Source: an uncultured Alphaproteobacteria bacterium
GTDB taxonomy: Bacteria; Pseudomonadota; Alphaproteobacteria; Rs-D84
Reading direction: 5' to 3'
DNA length: 64,000 nucleotides
NCBI GenBank assembly: GCA_944393245.1
Contig: CALXZM010000004.1
Location: 66,942 to 130,941, forward strand
Part shown: in pieces, positions 10,396 through 19,052 of the stretch
Layout: each line of letters opens with the position of its first letter
Numbering within the stretch: the first letter of the stretch is position 1
Program-made: the position numbers and the translations under genes
Notes under the pieces: generated by a model
Told to the model about the DNA's origin: nothing
The model's database searches: none
Seen by the model: only the letters and a program-made list of their open reading frames with translations

Positions 10396-11862
10396 GTGTT
10401 AAACATGACAAAGAAGTTGATGATTTTTGTAATGATTATACTTTGTTCCGCCAATGCATATGCGTGGGATGCCAGTCAATATGCCAGTTCTTGGGGGGTG
10501 CCATCGGGTTGGGATACGTGTGGCGCCATGTACTTGGGCGAAGGCGAACATAAGTTCGCGGCAATTGGACCCGAAAGACTAGAGTGTGCAATTAATGATT
10601 CTTATGACTTTGAAGAGTGTATTGTGAAAAATAATCCATGTAAGGTTGGTGGCAATGCTTATGTTCGTGGTTTTTCTATGTTGATTGCGCGCGAATTGAA
10701 TGAAAATGGGGCATATTTGTGCCCAACGATTATTGGTGGTGATAAAAGCGGTGGATGGGAATGGTCAAAAGTTGGTTGGGATAAACCATATATAACACGT
10801 TATTACGAGGTTTCATCGAGTGCTTCCAAGAATTGTTTTTGGTTATGTAAATCAGGATATTCTGGTGAGGGTTGCCAGGAAACCACAGTGTCATCGTGTA
10901 ATTTGAACACAGTTAAACAAGCGAATTTTGATGGTGAAGAATTTAGTGTCCAAAATTCAGTGCGTGATGTAGAAGATAGTGTGGCCATGTTTGTTGCAGG
11001 GCATAAAGAACGATGCGAGGGAAAGTCTTGTCGTTCGGTTAGATGTTCGCCACGTGAACATGATATGGTTTTGGGGGTAATAGGTTGGTTGCCCAGTGAG
11101 CATGGGGTTAAAGTGCAACCATTTATTGTTCGGGCTGGATATGATCCTTCGAAGGTGCAGAAACAAAATAACAGTAGCAATTCTACCTGCAAAGGGGGGT
11201 ACAAAGGGTGGAATTATGGCCCTGGTCGTGTTGTTGCGTATGCTGTTGGAACACAGACTTTGTTGTGCGCGTCGGGGTATGAACCTAACTTTAATAATTC
11301 TGACTGTATACCAGTTGATGAATCATTATGTGCCGTAACTGAGGCCATGGAAAGCGACAAAACATGTAATGCCAAAAATGCAAGTTATGCCAGTTTGGAT
11401 GCATTTGATTCAAGCACAATGGAACTGCACTATTTTGATACCGATGGATGCCAGGGAATAATATGTTCACAGGCCGGTTACGGGTTTGACCCAAATAACA
11501 TTGTCAGACCAACGTGTATTGATTGCGGCATGGATGACGATGTACGTAATGGTATTGATAAATATGGTCGTTGCGTTCGTTGTGATGTGGGGCAAATATT
11601 TAACAGAATGTCCAGTAAATGTGTGCCAGCAACCGTACTGGATTGGGACAGATTAAAGTTTGGCCCAGGAAAAAGTGCATCCACGCCGATTATTGAACAA
11701 TGTTGGACGCAACCAGACCAATATTCTTATTCTGATTGTGTATGGGCCAAAACAACAAGTAATACTAACACTGCCATTAGAGTGACAGGAGTATATTCTG
11801 GTGGTCTTGCAACTCCTATTGTTGCTGATGTTGATGTTGCTACTGTTGCTGATGGTAACTAA
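10396..11862 (+). CDS. Secreted Cys-rich protein (488 aa), possibly with frameshifted tail to 11992
   Basis: Signal peptide (MTKKLMIFVMIILCSANAYA), about 30 Cys; see the finding on the tail. Confidence 0.82.
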   Translation: MLNMTKKLMIFVMIILCSANAYAWDASQYASSWGVPSGWDTCGAMYLGEGEHKFAAIGPERLECAINDSYDFEECIVKNNPCKVGGNAYVRGFSMLIARELNENGAYLCPTIIGGDKSGGWEWSKVGWDKPYITRYYEVSSSASKNCFWLCKSGYSGEGCQETTVSSCNLNTVKQANFDGEEFSVQNSVRDVEDSVAMFVAGHKERCEGKSCRSVRCSPREHDMVLGVIGWLPSEHGVKVQPFIVRAGYDPSKVQKQNNSSNSTCKGGYKGWNYGPGRVVAYAVGTQTLLCASGYEPNFNNSDCIPVDESLCAVTEAMESDKTCNAKNASYASLDAFDSSTMELHYFDTDGCQGIICSQAGYGFDPNNIVRPTCIDCGMDDDVRNGIDKYGRCVRCDVGQIFNRMSSKCVPATVLDWDRLKFGPGKSASTPIIEQCWTQPDQYSYSDCVWAKTTSNTNTAIRVTGVYSGGLATPIVADVDVATVADGN

Positions 11863-11997
11863 TCCCCAAACATGGTTACGACCGACAGAAACATCAGGAC
11901 TTACCGTTGGACCATATACTGGTGGTGTTGGTGGTAATAGTGGTTCAAATAATGTGAATACAAGTATAAGCAGTGGTTTTAGAATGTATTAAGCCAA

Positions 11998-12029
11998 TAA
12001 AAATCCCCCGTTTGGGGGGATTTAATTTT
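11998..12029. terminator. Bidirectional terminator between convergent genes
   Basis: aaaaatccccc-gttt-ggggggattt hairpin. Confidence 0.7.
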
Positions 12030-12047
12030 ATGATGTTTTTTATATGG

Positions 12048-12464
12048 TTATTCAATGCCATTCAGTGCGCGTAACATATTCATAATTGTTGCACGTTGTT
12101 CATCGTTTGGCAGTTTCCAATATAAATTTATTAACTGTAATGATTCATTTTTAGCCAACGGATCATTTGATTTTTGTTCAGATACACGTGGCGTAATGCG
12201 ACCGCTGCGGTTCGGTTCCGGCATGTATCCAGGTAATCCATGGAAAAAAAACGATATAGGTGTTTCCAGGGCGGAACTTAATTCAAATAACCGTGATGCA
12301 GAAATGCGATTTCCCGCACTTTCGTATTTCTGAATTTGCTGAAATGTGACACCACAAATTTTTGCTAAATCTTTTTGCGATAAACCCATCATGACGCGAC
12401 GCAATTGCACGCGTTGACCAATGTGTTTGTCAATAGCCGTTGGTTCAAAAGGTTTCCCACTCAT
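12048..12464 (-). CDS. XRE-family HTH transcriptional regulator (alphaproteobacterial type)
   Basis: DKHIGQRVQLRR...GLSQKDLA...GVTFQQIQKYE..GNRISASRL. Confidence 0.93.
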   Translation of the reverse strand: MSGKPFEPTAIDKHIGQRVQLRRVMMGLSQKDLAKICGVTFQQIQKYESAGNRISASRLFELSSALETPISFFFHGLPGYMPEPNRSGRITPRVSEQKSNDPLAKNESLQLINLYWKLPNDEQRATIMNMLRALNGIE

Positions 12465-12599
12465 AGTCGTTTTATCTCTTTGTTGTTGGTTAAGAAATAC
12501 TTCCTAGGTATACAAATTTATACAATTTTTCTTTTTCTTTTGCAATCAAAAAACTGTTATGCTACATTTTTGCAGTAAAAACATGGGGGACTGGAAAAT

Positions 12600-14075
12600 A
12601 TGACAAAACCATTGGTTTTATGTATTATGGACGGTGTCGGTGTTGCGCCAGACGGCGCGCATAACGCGGTGACAATGGCGAATATGCCATTCTTTGATAA
12701 ATTATTAAATGATTATCCGCATTCTTATTTGAATGCCAGTGGGCCGGCGGTCGGATTGCCCGATGGAACAATGGGTAATTCAGAAGTTGGACATATAACC
12801 ATTGGGGCTGGCCGGGTTGTAAATCAATTCCTGCGGCGGTTTCAATTGGAAAATTGGGACGAAAATATCCCGTTACGCACGTTTATTGAATCTGTGCGTA
12901 AAGACGGGGGAATTGTGCATTTGGCGGGACTGATGTCCGACGGACGTGTCCATGCCGACATTCATGATATGATGAATATTGCACGTCGGGTTTTGGATGC
13001 TGGATTGCGGCTGTGTATTCATTTTATCGCAGATGGGCGTGATACACCGCCCCAGTCCGCCCCAGAATATGTTGCAATGATAAAAGATGCTTTGGCGCCA
13101 TATCTGGCGGATGGGCGGGCCGTTTTTGGAACTTTGTCTGGGCGGTATTATGCCATGGACAGAAATCAAAATATGGACAGAACGGAATTAGCATTTAATG
13201 CAATTGCGCGCGCTGAATCCGAATATCATGCGCAGAACATAGATGCGGCACTGCGCGCGGCATATAATCGTGGTGAAACCGACGAATTTATTCGCCCAAC
13301 CGTGATTGACGGCGATGTTCCAATCAGTGCGAACGACGGATTCTTGTTCGGTAATTACCGCAGTGACCGCGCGCGCCAGATTGTTCGTGCAATTTTGAAA
13401 ACTGGTGCAAAGATGCTGTGCTTTTCACAATATGGCGAAGGATTGAATGAATTATGCCCCGCCCTGTTGCCGGATGTGGCGGTTGAAAATACGTTGGGCG
13501 ATGTGTTGGCCGCGCATGGAAAATCGCAATTGCGTATCGCAGAAACTGAAAAATATAATCATGTAACGTATTTTTTTGACGCGGAACGCAATATAGATTT
13601 TGACGGTGGTGAAAAAGTTCTGATTCCGTCGCCCGATGTTGCAACGTTTGATTTAAAACCAGAAATGTCCGCGCGTGAAATCACAGACGCTTTGCTGACC
13701 AAATTATCACAATTTGATGTGGTGATTTTAAATTACGCAAATGGCGATATGGTTGGTCATACTGGCAAAGAAGACGCGGCAATCCGCGCGATGGAATTTT
13801 TAGATATCCAGTTGGCGCGTTTGGTGCCAGCGGTGCTGGAATTGGGCGGAACTGTTTTGATTACCGCAGACCACGGAAATGCCGAAAAAATGTGGGATGA
13901 TGAAAACAACCTGCCCTGGACGGCGCATACAACAAATCCGGTGAACTTTATTGTGGTGTCAAACAATCCGCACAGTGTGCATGATGGCGGTTTGGCGGAT
14001 ATTGCACCGACAATGTTAAAATTACTGGGGTTACCACAACCATCAGATATGACCGGGCGCAGTTTGGTTGACTGA
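12600..14075 (+). CDS. gpmI: 2,3-bisphosphoglycerate-independent phosphoglycerate mutase
   Basis: VGLPDGTMGNSEVGH, DGRD, RYYAMDR, AETEKYNHVTYFF, NGDMVGHTG and TADHGNAE motifs. Confidence 0.97.
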   Translation: MTKPLVLCIMDGVGVAPDGAHNAVTMANMPFFDKLLNDYPHSYLNASGPAVGLPDGTMGNSEVGHITIGAGRVVNQFLRRFQLENWDENIPLRTFIESVRKDGGIVHLAGLMSDGRVHADIHDMMNIARRVLDAGLRLCIHFIADGRDTPPQSAPEYVAMIKDALAPYLADGRAVFGTLSGRYYAMDRNQNMDRTELAFNAIARAESEYHAQNIDAALRAAYNRGETDEFIRPTVIDGDVPISANDGFLFGNYRSDRARQIVRAILKTGAKMLCFSQYGEGLNELCPALLPDVAVENTLGDVLAAHGKSQLRIAETEKYNHVTYFFDAERNIDFDGGEKVLIPSPDVATFDLKPEMSAREITDALLTKLSQFDVVILNYANGDMVGHTGKEDAAIRAMEFLDIQLARLVPAVLELGGTVLITADHGNAEKMWDDENNLPWTAHTTNPVNFIVVSNNPHSVHDGGLADIAPTMLKLLGLPQPSDMTGRSLVD

Positions 14076-14093
14076 TATAAAAAACGGCGGATT

Positions 14094-14552
14094 TTATTCG
14101 CCGTTTTTATTTTTGCGTCGTGCGATGAAAAATTCGCGCAGCAGTGTTGCGGATTCATCCGCGTATTCAGGAATTTGGGTTACATTCGGTCGCCACAGGT
14201 GCCGGTCTGATTCATATACTTTGGCATTGTGGGCAATGCCCCCGCCCTTTTCGTCCGCGGCCGCGTAATATACGTGCCTGATTCGGGCAAAGGATATTGC
14301 AGTGGCGCACATTGCGCATGGTTCCAGGGTGATATATATATCGCAATCATCTAAAAATTTTGTCCCCAGTTTTTTACATGCGCGGTTAATGGCGACTATT
14401 TCGGCGTGTAATGTCGGGTTTTGTTTCAATTGCACCATATTTTCACCACGGGCGATTATTTGACCGTTGTGGACAATAACCGCGCCAATTGGTACATCTG
14501 CGTGCGATTGTGCACGAATTGCGGAATTTAAGGCTTGCTTCATAAACGTCAT
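14094..14552 (-). CDS. tadA: tRNA adenosine(34) deaminase
   Basis: DVPIGAV, HAEIVAI and TLEPCAMC Zn-deaminase motifs; start placed at MTFMKQ. Confidence 0.9.
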   Translation of the reverse strand: MTFMKQALNSAIRAQSHADVPIGAVIVHNGQIIARGENMVQLKQNPTLHAEIVAINRACKKLGTKFLDDCDIYITLEPCAMCATAISFARIRHVYYAAADEKGGGIAHNAKVYESDRHLWRPNVTQIPEYADESATLLREFFIARRKNKNGE

Positions 14553-14569
14553 GATGTACACTGTAACGC

Positions 14570-15133
14570 ATGGATTCAAAATTGCAAATTATTTCAGGGC
14601 GGTTCAAGGGACGTAAATTATATTTACCAAATGGCGCGCGGCCAACACAAAATCGTGCGCGGGCGGCTTTGTTTAATATGCTGGCGGGCGGATTGATTAA
14701 TTATGGTGATGAATTTACTGTTTGGGATGCCTTTGCCGGCAGTGGGGCGTTTGGTTTGGAATGTTTGTCGCGGTGTCCAAATGCGCGGGTCGTATTTACT
14801 GATGTGTCACCTGAATCTATAAAAACAGTTCGTCGTAATTTGGCGTTGCTGAATGTTGGCGTTGTCGCAACCACGGAACAAACTGATGCAATTGGGGCGG
14901 TAAAAAAATATGGTGCTGATGCGGATTTGATTTTTGTTGACGCGCCGTATGATATGGCGGATGACGGGGCCGCGTTTGTACGCGCTTTGTCGCGATGCGC
15001 AAAAAGTGGCGCGATTTTGATTTGGGAACAAGAGGCCACAAACCCAATGCCTGTACCACAGGGGTGGAATATTTTACGTGATAAAACATATGGTCGGGCG
15101 CGTTTTTTGATAATGAAACGTGGTGACGAATAA
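14570..15133 (+). CDS. rsmD: 16S rRNA m2G966 methyltransferase
   Basis: IISGRFKGRKL, RPT, DAFAGSGAFGLECLSR, DAPY and KTYG motifs. Confidence 0.92.
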   Translation: MDSKLQIISGRFKGRKLYLPNGARPTQNRARAALFNMLAGGLINYGDEFTVWDAFAGSGAFGLECLSRCPNARVVFTDVSPESIKTVRRNLALLNVGVVATTEQTDAIGAVKKYGADADLIFVDAPYDMADDGAAFVRALSRCAKSGAILIWEQEATNPMPVPQGWNILRDKTYGRARFLIMKRGDE

Positions 15134-15222
15134 AAACCTTGATTTTTCAATAATTTTAGTAAATAATATGGCCCGCGTGACACCCTTGGAGGTTGCGCAA
15201 GCATTAAATAAAAGGAATAAAA

Positions 15223-15864
15223 ATGTCTATTAAATTAAAAGCAGAAATTCGCAACGCTGCCGGCAAGGGGGCCGCACGTAGCATTCGCAAAAACAAGAAT
15301 ATCCCCGCTGTCATTTATGGCGAAAAAAAGGCACCTGTGGCAATTGAATTAAATGGTCGTGATTTTGAAATGTTGTTGCAAACCCCCAGTTTGCGTACAA
15401 AATTATTTGAAATCGATACCGCAAATGGCCAAGAAGATGCCATGTTGATGGATATTCAGTATCATCCTGTGACCGATAATGTCGTTCACGTTGATTTTAA
15501 ACGTATTGATGTTAAACGCCCTGTCAGCGTCAGCGTACCCGTAGAGGTTATTAATGCCGATGTTTCCAAGGGCTTGAAACTGGGTGGTGTATTGAACTTT
15601 GCCGTGCGCAAGGTTGCACTGCGCGGTTTGGTTCATGATATTCCAGAAAAAATTACAATTGATTTGACTAATTTGAGTATTGGTGATTCCGTACACGGTT
15701 CAGATTTGGTTTTGCCAAATGGCGTTGAACTGGGACTGCACCAGGCGGAATTGGCATTCGCAACAATTGGCGGAAAAATGCCGGATGAAGATACGCAAAA
15801 GCCTGCGGCAGCAGCAGCACCGCAAGCGGCGGCAGCGGCACCAGCGGCTGATGCAAAAAAATAA
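15223..15864 (+). CDS. rplY: 50S ribosomal protein L25 / Ctc
   Basis: GKGAARSIR...IPAVIYG, DIQYHPVTD.V.HVDF and Ctc beta domain. Confidence 0.97.
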   Translation: MSIKLKAEIRNAAGKGAARSIRKNKNIPAVIYGEKKAPVAIELNGRDFEMLLQTPSLRTKLFEIDTANGQEDAMLMDIQYHPVTDNVVHVDFKRIDVKRPVSVSVPVEVINADVSKGLKLGGVLNFAVRKVALRGLVHDIPEKITIDLTNLSIGDSVHGSDLVLPNGVELGLHQAELAFATIGGKMPDEDTQKPAAAAAPQAAAAAPAADAKK

Positions 15865-15883
15865 TCAATTTGTGATATTTTTG

Positions 15884-15911
15884 AAAACCGTCCGCTTATG
15901 GACGGTTTTTT
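15884..15911 (+). terminator. Terminator after rplY
   Basis: aaaaccgtcc-gcttat-ggacggtttttt. Confidence 0.8.
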
Positions 15912-15933
15912 ATTATTATTTTTTTCCTGTGGC

Positions 15934-15962
15934 CTTGAAAACGCTTTTAGTGTTCACTATAT
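15934..15962 (+). promoter_or_regulatory. Putative sigma32 (RpoH) promoter of dnaK
   Basis: CTTG-N17-CACTATAT resembles the alphaproteobacterial RpoH consensus and lies about 40 nt before the dnaK ATG. Confidence 0.6.
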
Positions 15963-16003
15963 GGTAAATCAGTAAAAAGAAAACAGTTTGCAAGGAGTGA
16001 AAA

Positions 16004-17899
16004 ATGGGAAAAGTATTAGGTATCGATTTGGGTACAACTAATTCCGCCATGGCTTTCATGGACGGTGGTGATCCAAAAATAATTGAAAACGCCGAAGGAC
16101 AACGCACAACACCGTCTGTTGTTGCGATGACGTCCAATGGCGAACAATTGGTTGGTATCACGGCAAAGAATCAGGCTGTGACAAATCCAGAAAACACTAT
16201 TTATGAAATCAAACGTTTGATGGGATTGCGTTTTGACAGCCCGGCGGTAAAGGAAATTGCCGCACGTGTTCCGTATAAAATTGTTGCGGGCGACAATGGC
16301 GATGCCTGGGTTGAAATAGAAGGTAAAAAGTATGCCCCGTCACAAATTTCCGCTATGATTTTGGCAAAATTGAAAAAGGATGCCGAAGCATATTTGGGCG
16401 AAACCGTATCCGATGCGGTTATTACGGTGCCTGCGTACTTTAATGATTCACAGCGTCAGGCGACCAAAGATGCCGGTCGTATTGCGGGGCTGAATGTTCT
16501 GCGTATTGTAAATGAACCGACGGCTGCTGCGTTGGCGTACGGATTGGACAAGAACAAGAATGGTACAATCGCCGTGTACGATTTGGGTGGTGGTACGTTT
16601 GATATTTCCATTTTGGAAATTGTTGATGGCGTGTTCGAGGTTAAATCCACAAACGGTGATACTGCATTGGGTGGGTCGGATTTTGATGCCCGTATATTGA
16701 AATACTTGATTGATGAATTCAAATCACAAACTGGTATTGATTTGTCTGGCGATAAATTGGCATTACAACGTTTAAAGGAAGCCGCCGAAAAGGCAAAAAT
16801 CGAACTGTCGTCCAAGACGTCAACGGACATCAATCTGCCGTTCTTGACGGCTGATGCGTCCGGGCCAAAGCACTTTAACACAACATTGACACGTGCGAAG
16901 TTGGAATCGTTGGTGGACGATTTGATTCAAAAGACAATTGAACCATGCCACAAGGCGTTGAAAGATGCTGGCCTGGACAAGAGTCAGATAAATGAAGTCA
17001 TTTTGGTTGGTGGTCAGACCCGTATGCCAAAGGTTCAGGAAACCGTCAAAGAATTCTTTGGCCGTGAACCGCACAAGGGTGTAAATCCGGACGAAGTTGT
17101 CGCATTGGGGGCCGCGATTCAGGGTGGCGTATTAAAGGGCGATGTCAAAGACGTATTATTGTTGGATGTTACCCCGTTGTCATTGGGTATTGAAACATTG
17201 GGTGGTGTGTTCACACGTCTGATTGATCGTAACACCACAATTCCGACAAAGAAGTCCCAGGTGTTCAGTACCGCCGAAGATAACCAGTCAGCCGTGACAA
17301 TTCGTGTGTTCCAGGGTGAACGCGATATGGCCGCAGATAATAAACTGTTGGGTCAGTTTAATCTGGAAGGTATCGCCCCTGCCCCACGTGGTATGCCACA
17401 GATAGAGGTATCATTTGATATCGACGCAAACGGTATTGTGCACGTTTCCGCCAAGGATAAAGGTACCGGCAAAGAACAGGCGATTTCCATTAAATCCGAC
17501 GGTGGTTTAAGCGAAGACGAAATCAAGCGTATGGTTGATGAAGCCGCTGCCAATGCCGACGCGGACAAGAAAAAACGCGAACTGGCCGAGGCAAAAAATA
17601 ACGCTGAAACCGCGGTGTTTACGGTTGAAAAGGCGTTGAAAGAACACGGCGACAAAATCAGTGCCGATGAAAAGAAGGCGATTGAAGACGCGAAAAAAGA
17701 ACTGTCCGACGAATTGGCGAAATCCGATGCGACGGCGGAATCGCTGAAAGCCAAGACAGATGCATTGACCGAAAAGTCAATGAAACTGGGCGAAGCGGTA
17801 TATAAAGCGTCCCAAGAAGCAGCACAGTCAGCGGGTGGTGATGATAACAAGCCAAACGATGACGGTACGCGTGACGCGGACTTTTCTGAAAAGAAATAA
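16004..17899 (+). CDS. dnaK: Chaperone DnaK (Hsp70)
   Basis: [32 protein letters not shown] and [11 protein letters not shown] motifs. Confidence 0.99.
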   Translation: MGKVLGIDLGTTNSAMAFMDGGDPKIIENAEGQRTTPSVVAMTSNGEQLVGITAKNQAVTNPENTIYEIKRLMGLRFDSPAVKEIAARVPYKIVAGDNGDAWVEIEGKKYAPSQISAMILAKLKKDAEAYLGETVSDAVITVPAYFNDSQRQATKDAGRIAGLNVLRIVNEPTAAALAYGLDKNKNGTIAVYDLGGGTFDISILEIVDGVFEVKSTNGDTALGGSDFDARILKYLIDEFKSQTGIDLSGDKLALQRLKEAAEKAKIELSSKTSTDINLPFLTADASGPKHFNTTLTRAKLESLVDDLIQKTIEPCHKALKDAGLDKSQINEVILVGGQTRMPKVQETVKEFFGREPHKGVNPDEVVALGAAIQGGVLKGDVKDVLLLDVTPLSLGIETLGGVFTRLIDRNTTIPTKKSQVFSTAEDNQSAVTIRVFQGERDMAADNKLLGQFNLEGIAPAPRGMPQIEVSFDIDANGIVHVSAKDKGTGKEQAISIKSDGGLSEDEIKRMVDEAAANADADKKKRELAEAKNNAETAVFTVEKALKEHGDKISADEKKAIEDAKKELSDELAKSDATAESLKAKTDALTEKSMKLGEAVYKASQEAAQSAGGDDNKPNDDGTRDADFSEKK

Positions 17900-17925
17900 A
17901 AAACGGGGCATTTGCCCCGTTTTTT
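17897..17925. terminator. Terminator after dnaK (ACGGGGC-N4-GCCCCGT family)
   Basis: aaaaaacggggc-attt-gccccgtttttt. Confidence 0.85.
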
Positions 17926-17962
17926 GTTACTCGTTGCTGGCTACTTGATACTCGTATATCCT

Positions 17963-18512
17963 TTGTCATCGCGAGCGTAGCGAAGCAATCCATTATTTAT
18001 CTTTGTGTCACATAATGTGTCGCTCGGGTACTGCGTACCCTGTGCGTATCCTCGTATTTGTTCAAACTGCGCAATTGCTTGTTTTCACATACTCGGATTC
18101 ATTGCGAGCCACGTTAGTGGCGTGGCAATCCAGTTATAATCAAAGTCGCGCATATTTACTGGATTGCTTCGTTTCACTCGCAATGACAAAGGAAAGACAC
18201 AAGTCACGAACAACTGGTCACAAGTCACGAATAGCCAGCCATGGATAACTAGTAAACGTATCTGGATTGCTTCGCGTTGCTCGCAATGACAAATAGATTT
18301 ATGGCATATACTTATTTATGGGTCATTTGGTGTTGTACCTTTCAAATATTTTTAATATCTCAGTATAACAATCCTAATATACTTACCTGCACCCAACCTT
18401 GTCATTGCGAGCAACGCGAAGCAATCCAGTAAATGATGCCCGCACGCAATCAGCGTGCGACTCTATTATAACTGGATCGCCACGGTCGTTATACTCCCTC
18501 GCGATGACAAGG
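17963..18512. repeat. Cluster of GTCA(T/C)GCGAG...GAAGCAATCC palindromic repeats (RPE/REP-like)
   Basis: Left arms at 17963-17992, 18098-18134 and 18399-18430; right arms at 18158-18189, 18262-18292 and 18471-18512. 18262-18292 is the exact 31-bp reverse complement of 18399-18429. Confidence 0.88.
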
Positions 18513-18578
18513 TGGGTGCGTAAGTGTATTATTATCATAGGTATACAAATACATACGATTACCCAGTACCCGGTAACT

Positions 18579-18604
18579 AAAAAAATCCGCCGTGGGGCGG
18601 ATTT
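18579..18604 (-). terminator. Terminator of rnpB
   Basis: Hairpin aaatccgcc/ggcggattt followed on the minus strand by a T tract, immediately 3' of the RNA. Confidence 0.75.
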
Positions 18605-18605
18605 C

Positions 18606-18927
18606 GCAGATGAACTGTAAGCCGGATTCTGTTCTGCCCCGGGCCAGTCGTTTCCAACCACCCCGGGGTAGCGAGCATAATTAATCTGCATAATGTGTTA
18701 CCACAAGATGTCAAGCCCTCTACCCGTCCCCATGCATGGGACATGCGTCGGGGACCTATTCGAGGTTGCTGCGCATAGAGATTGCCCGTTTCACCCGATT
18801 TTTTAAATCGATTCGTCACTGTTGCTCTAATCGTCGGATTGCTCCGCCCGGTCATTAGCCGGTATGCTGTCCCAAGCAGTCCGGACTTTCCTCTGGCACG
18901 GATGCCAGCTATGCTCCATTCATCTGC
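18606..18927 (-). ncRNA. rnpB: RNase P RNA
   Basis: Minus strand carries GAGGAAAGTCCGG and GAACAGAATCCGGCTTACAG. P1 is GCAGATGAA/TTCATCTGC and P2 is GAGCATA/TATGCTC. Confidence 0.96.
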
Positions 18928-19052
18928 GGGTATCAGTTTATCATTGTTTTTATGTTTTGCAATTAAAAACACGTTTTTTCACTTGCAACACATGCCCTGT
19001 TTTTCATAAAATATAGAAAACGGGAAAAAGAAGTAGAAGTAGGAAACATTAA

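Noticed and set aside
17925-18700. ORFs 18003-18248, 18399-18620 and 18383-18691, and possible CRISPR array
   Set aside because: They are translations of the palindromic arms (SLRATRSN, VIARE). The repeats are inverted and irregularly spaced, with no cas genes.
18577-19009. ORFs of 131 and 75 aa over rnpB
   Set aside because: They overlap the RNase P RNA gene.
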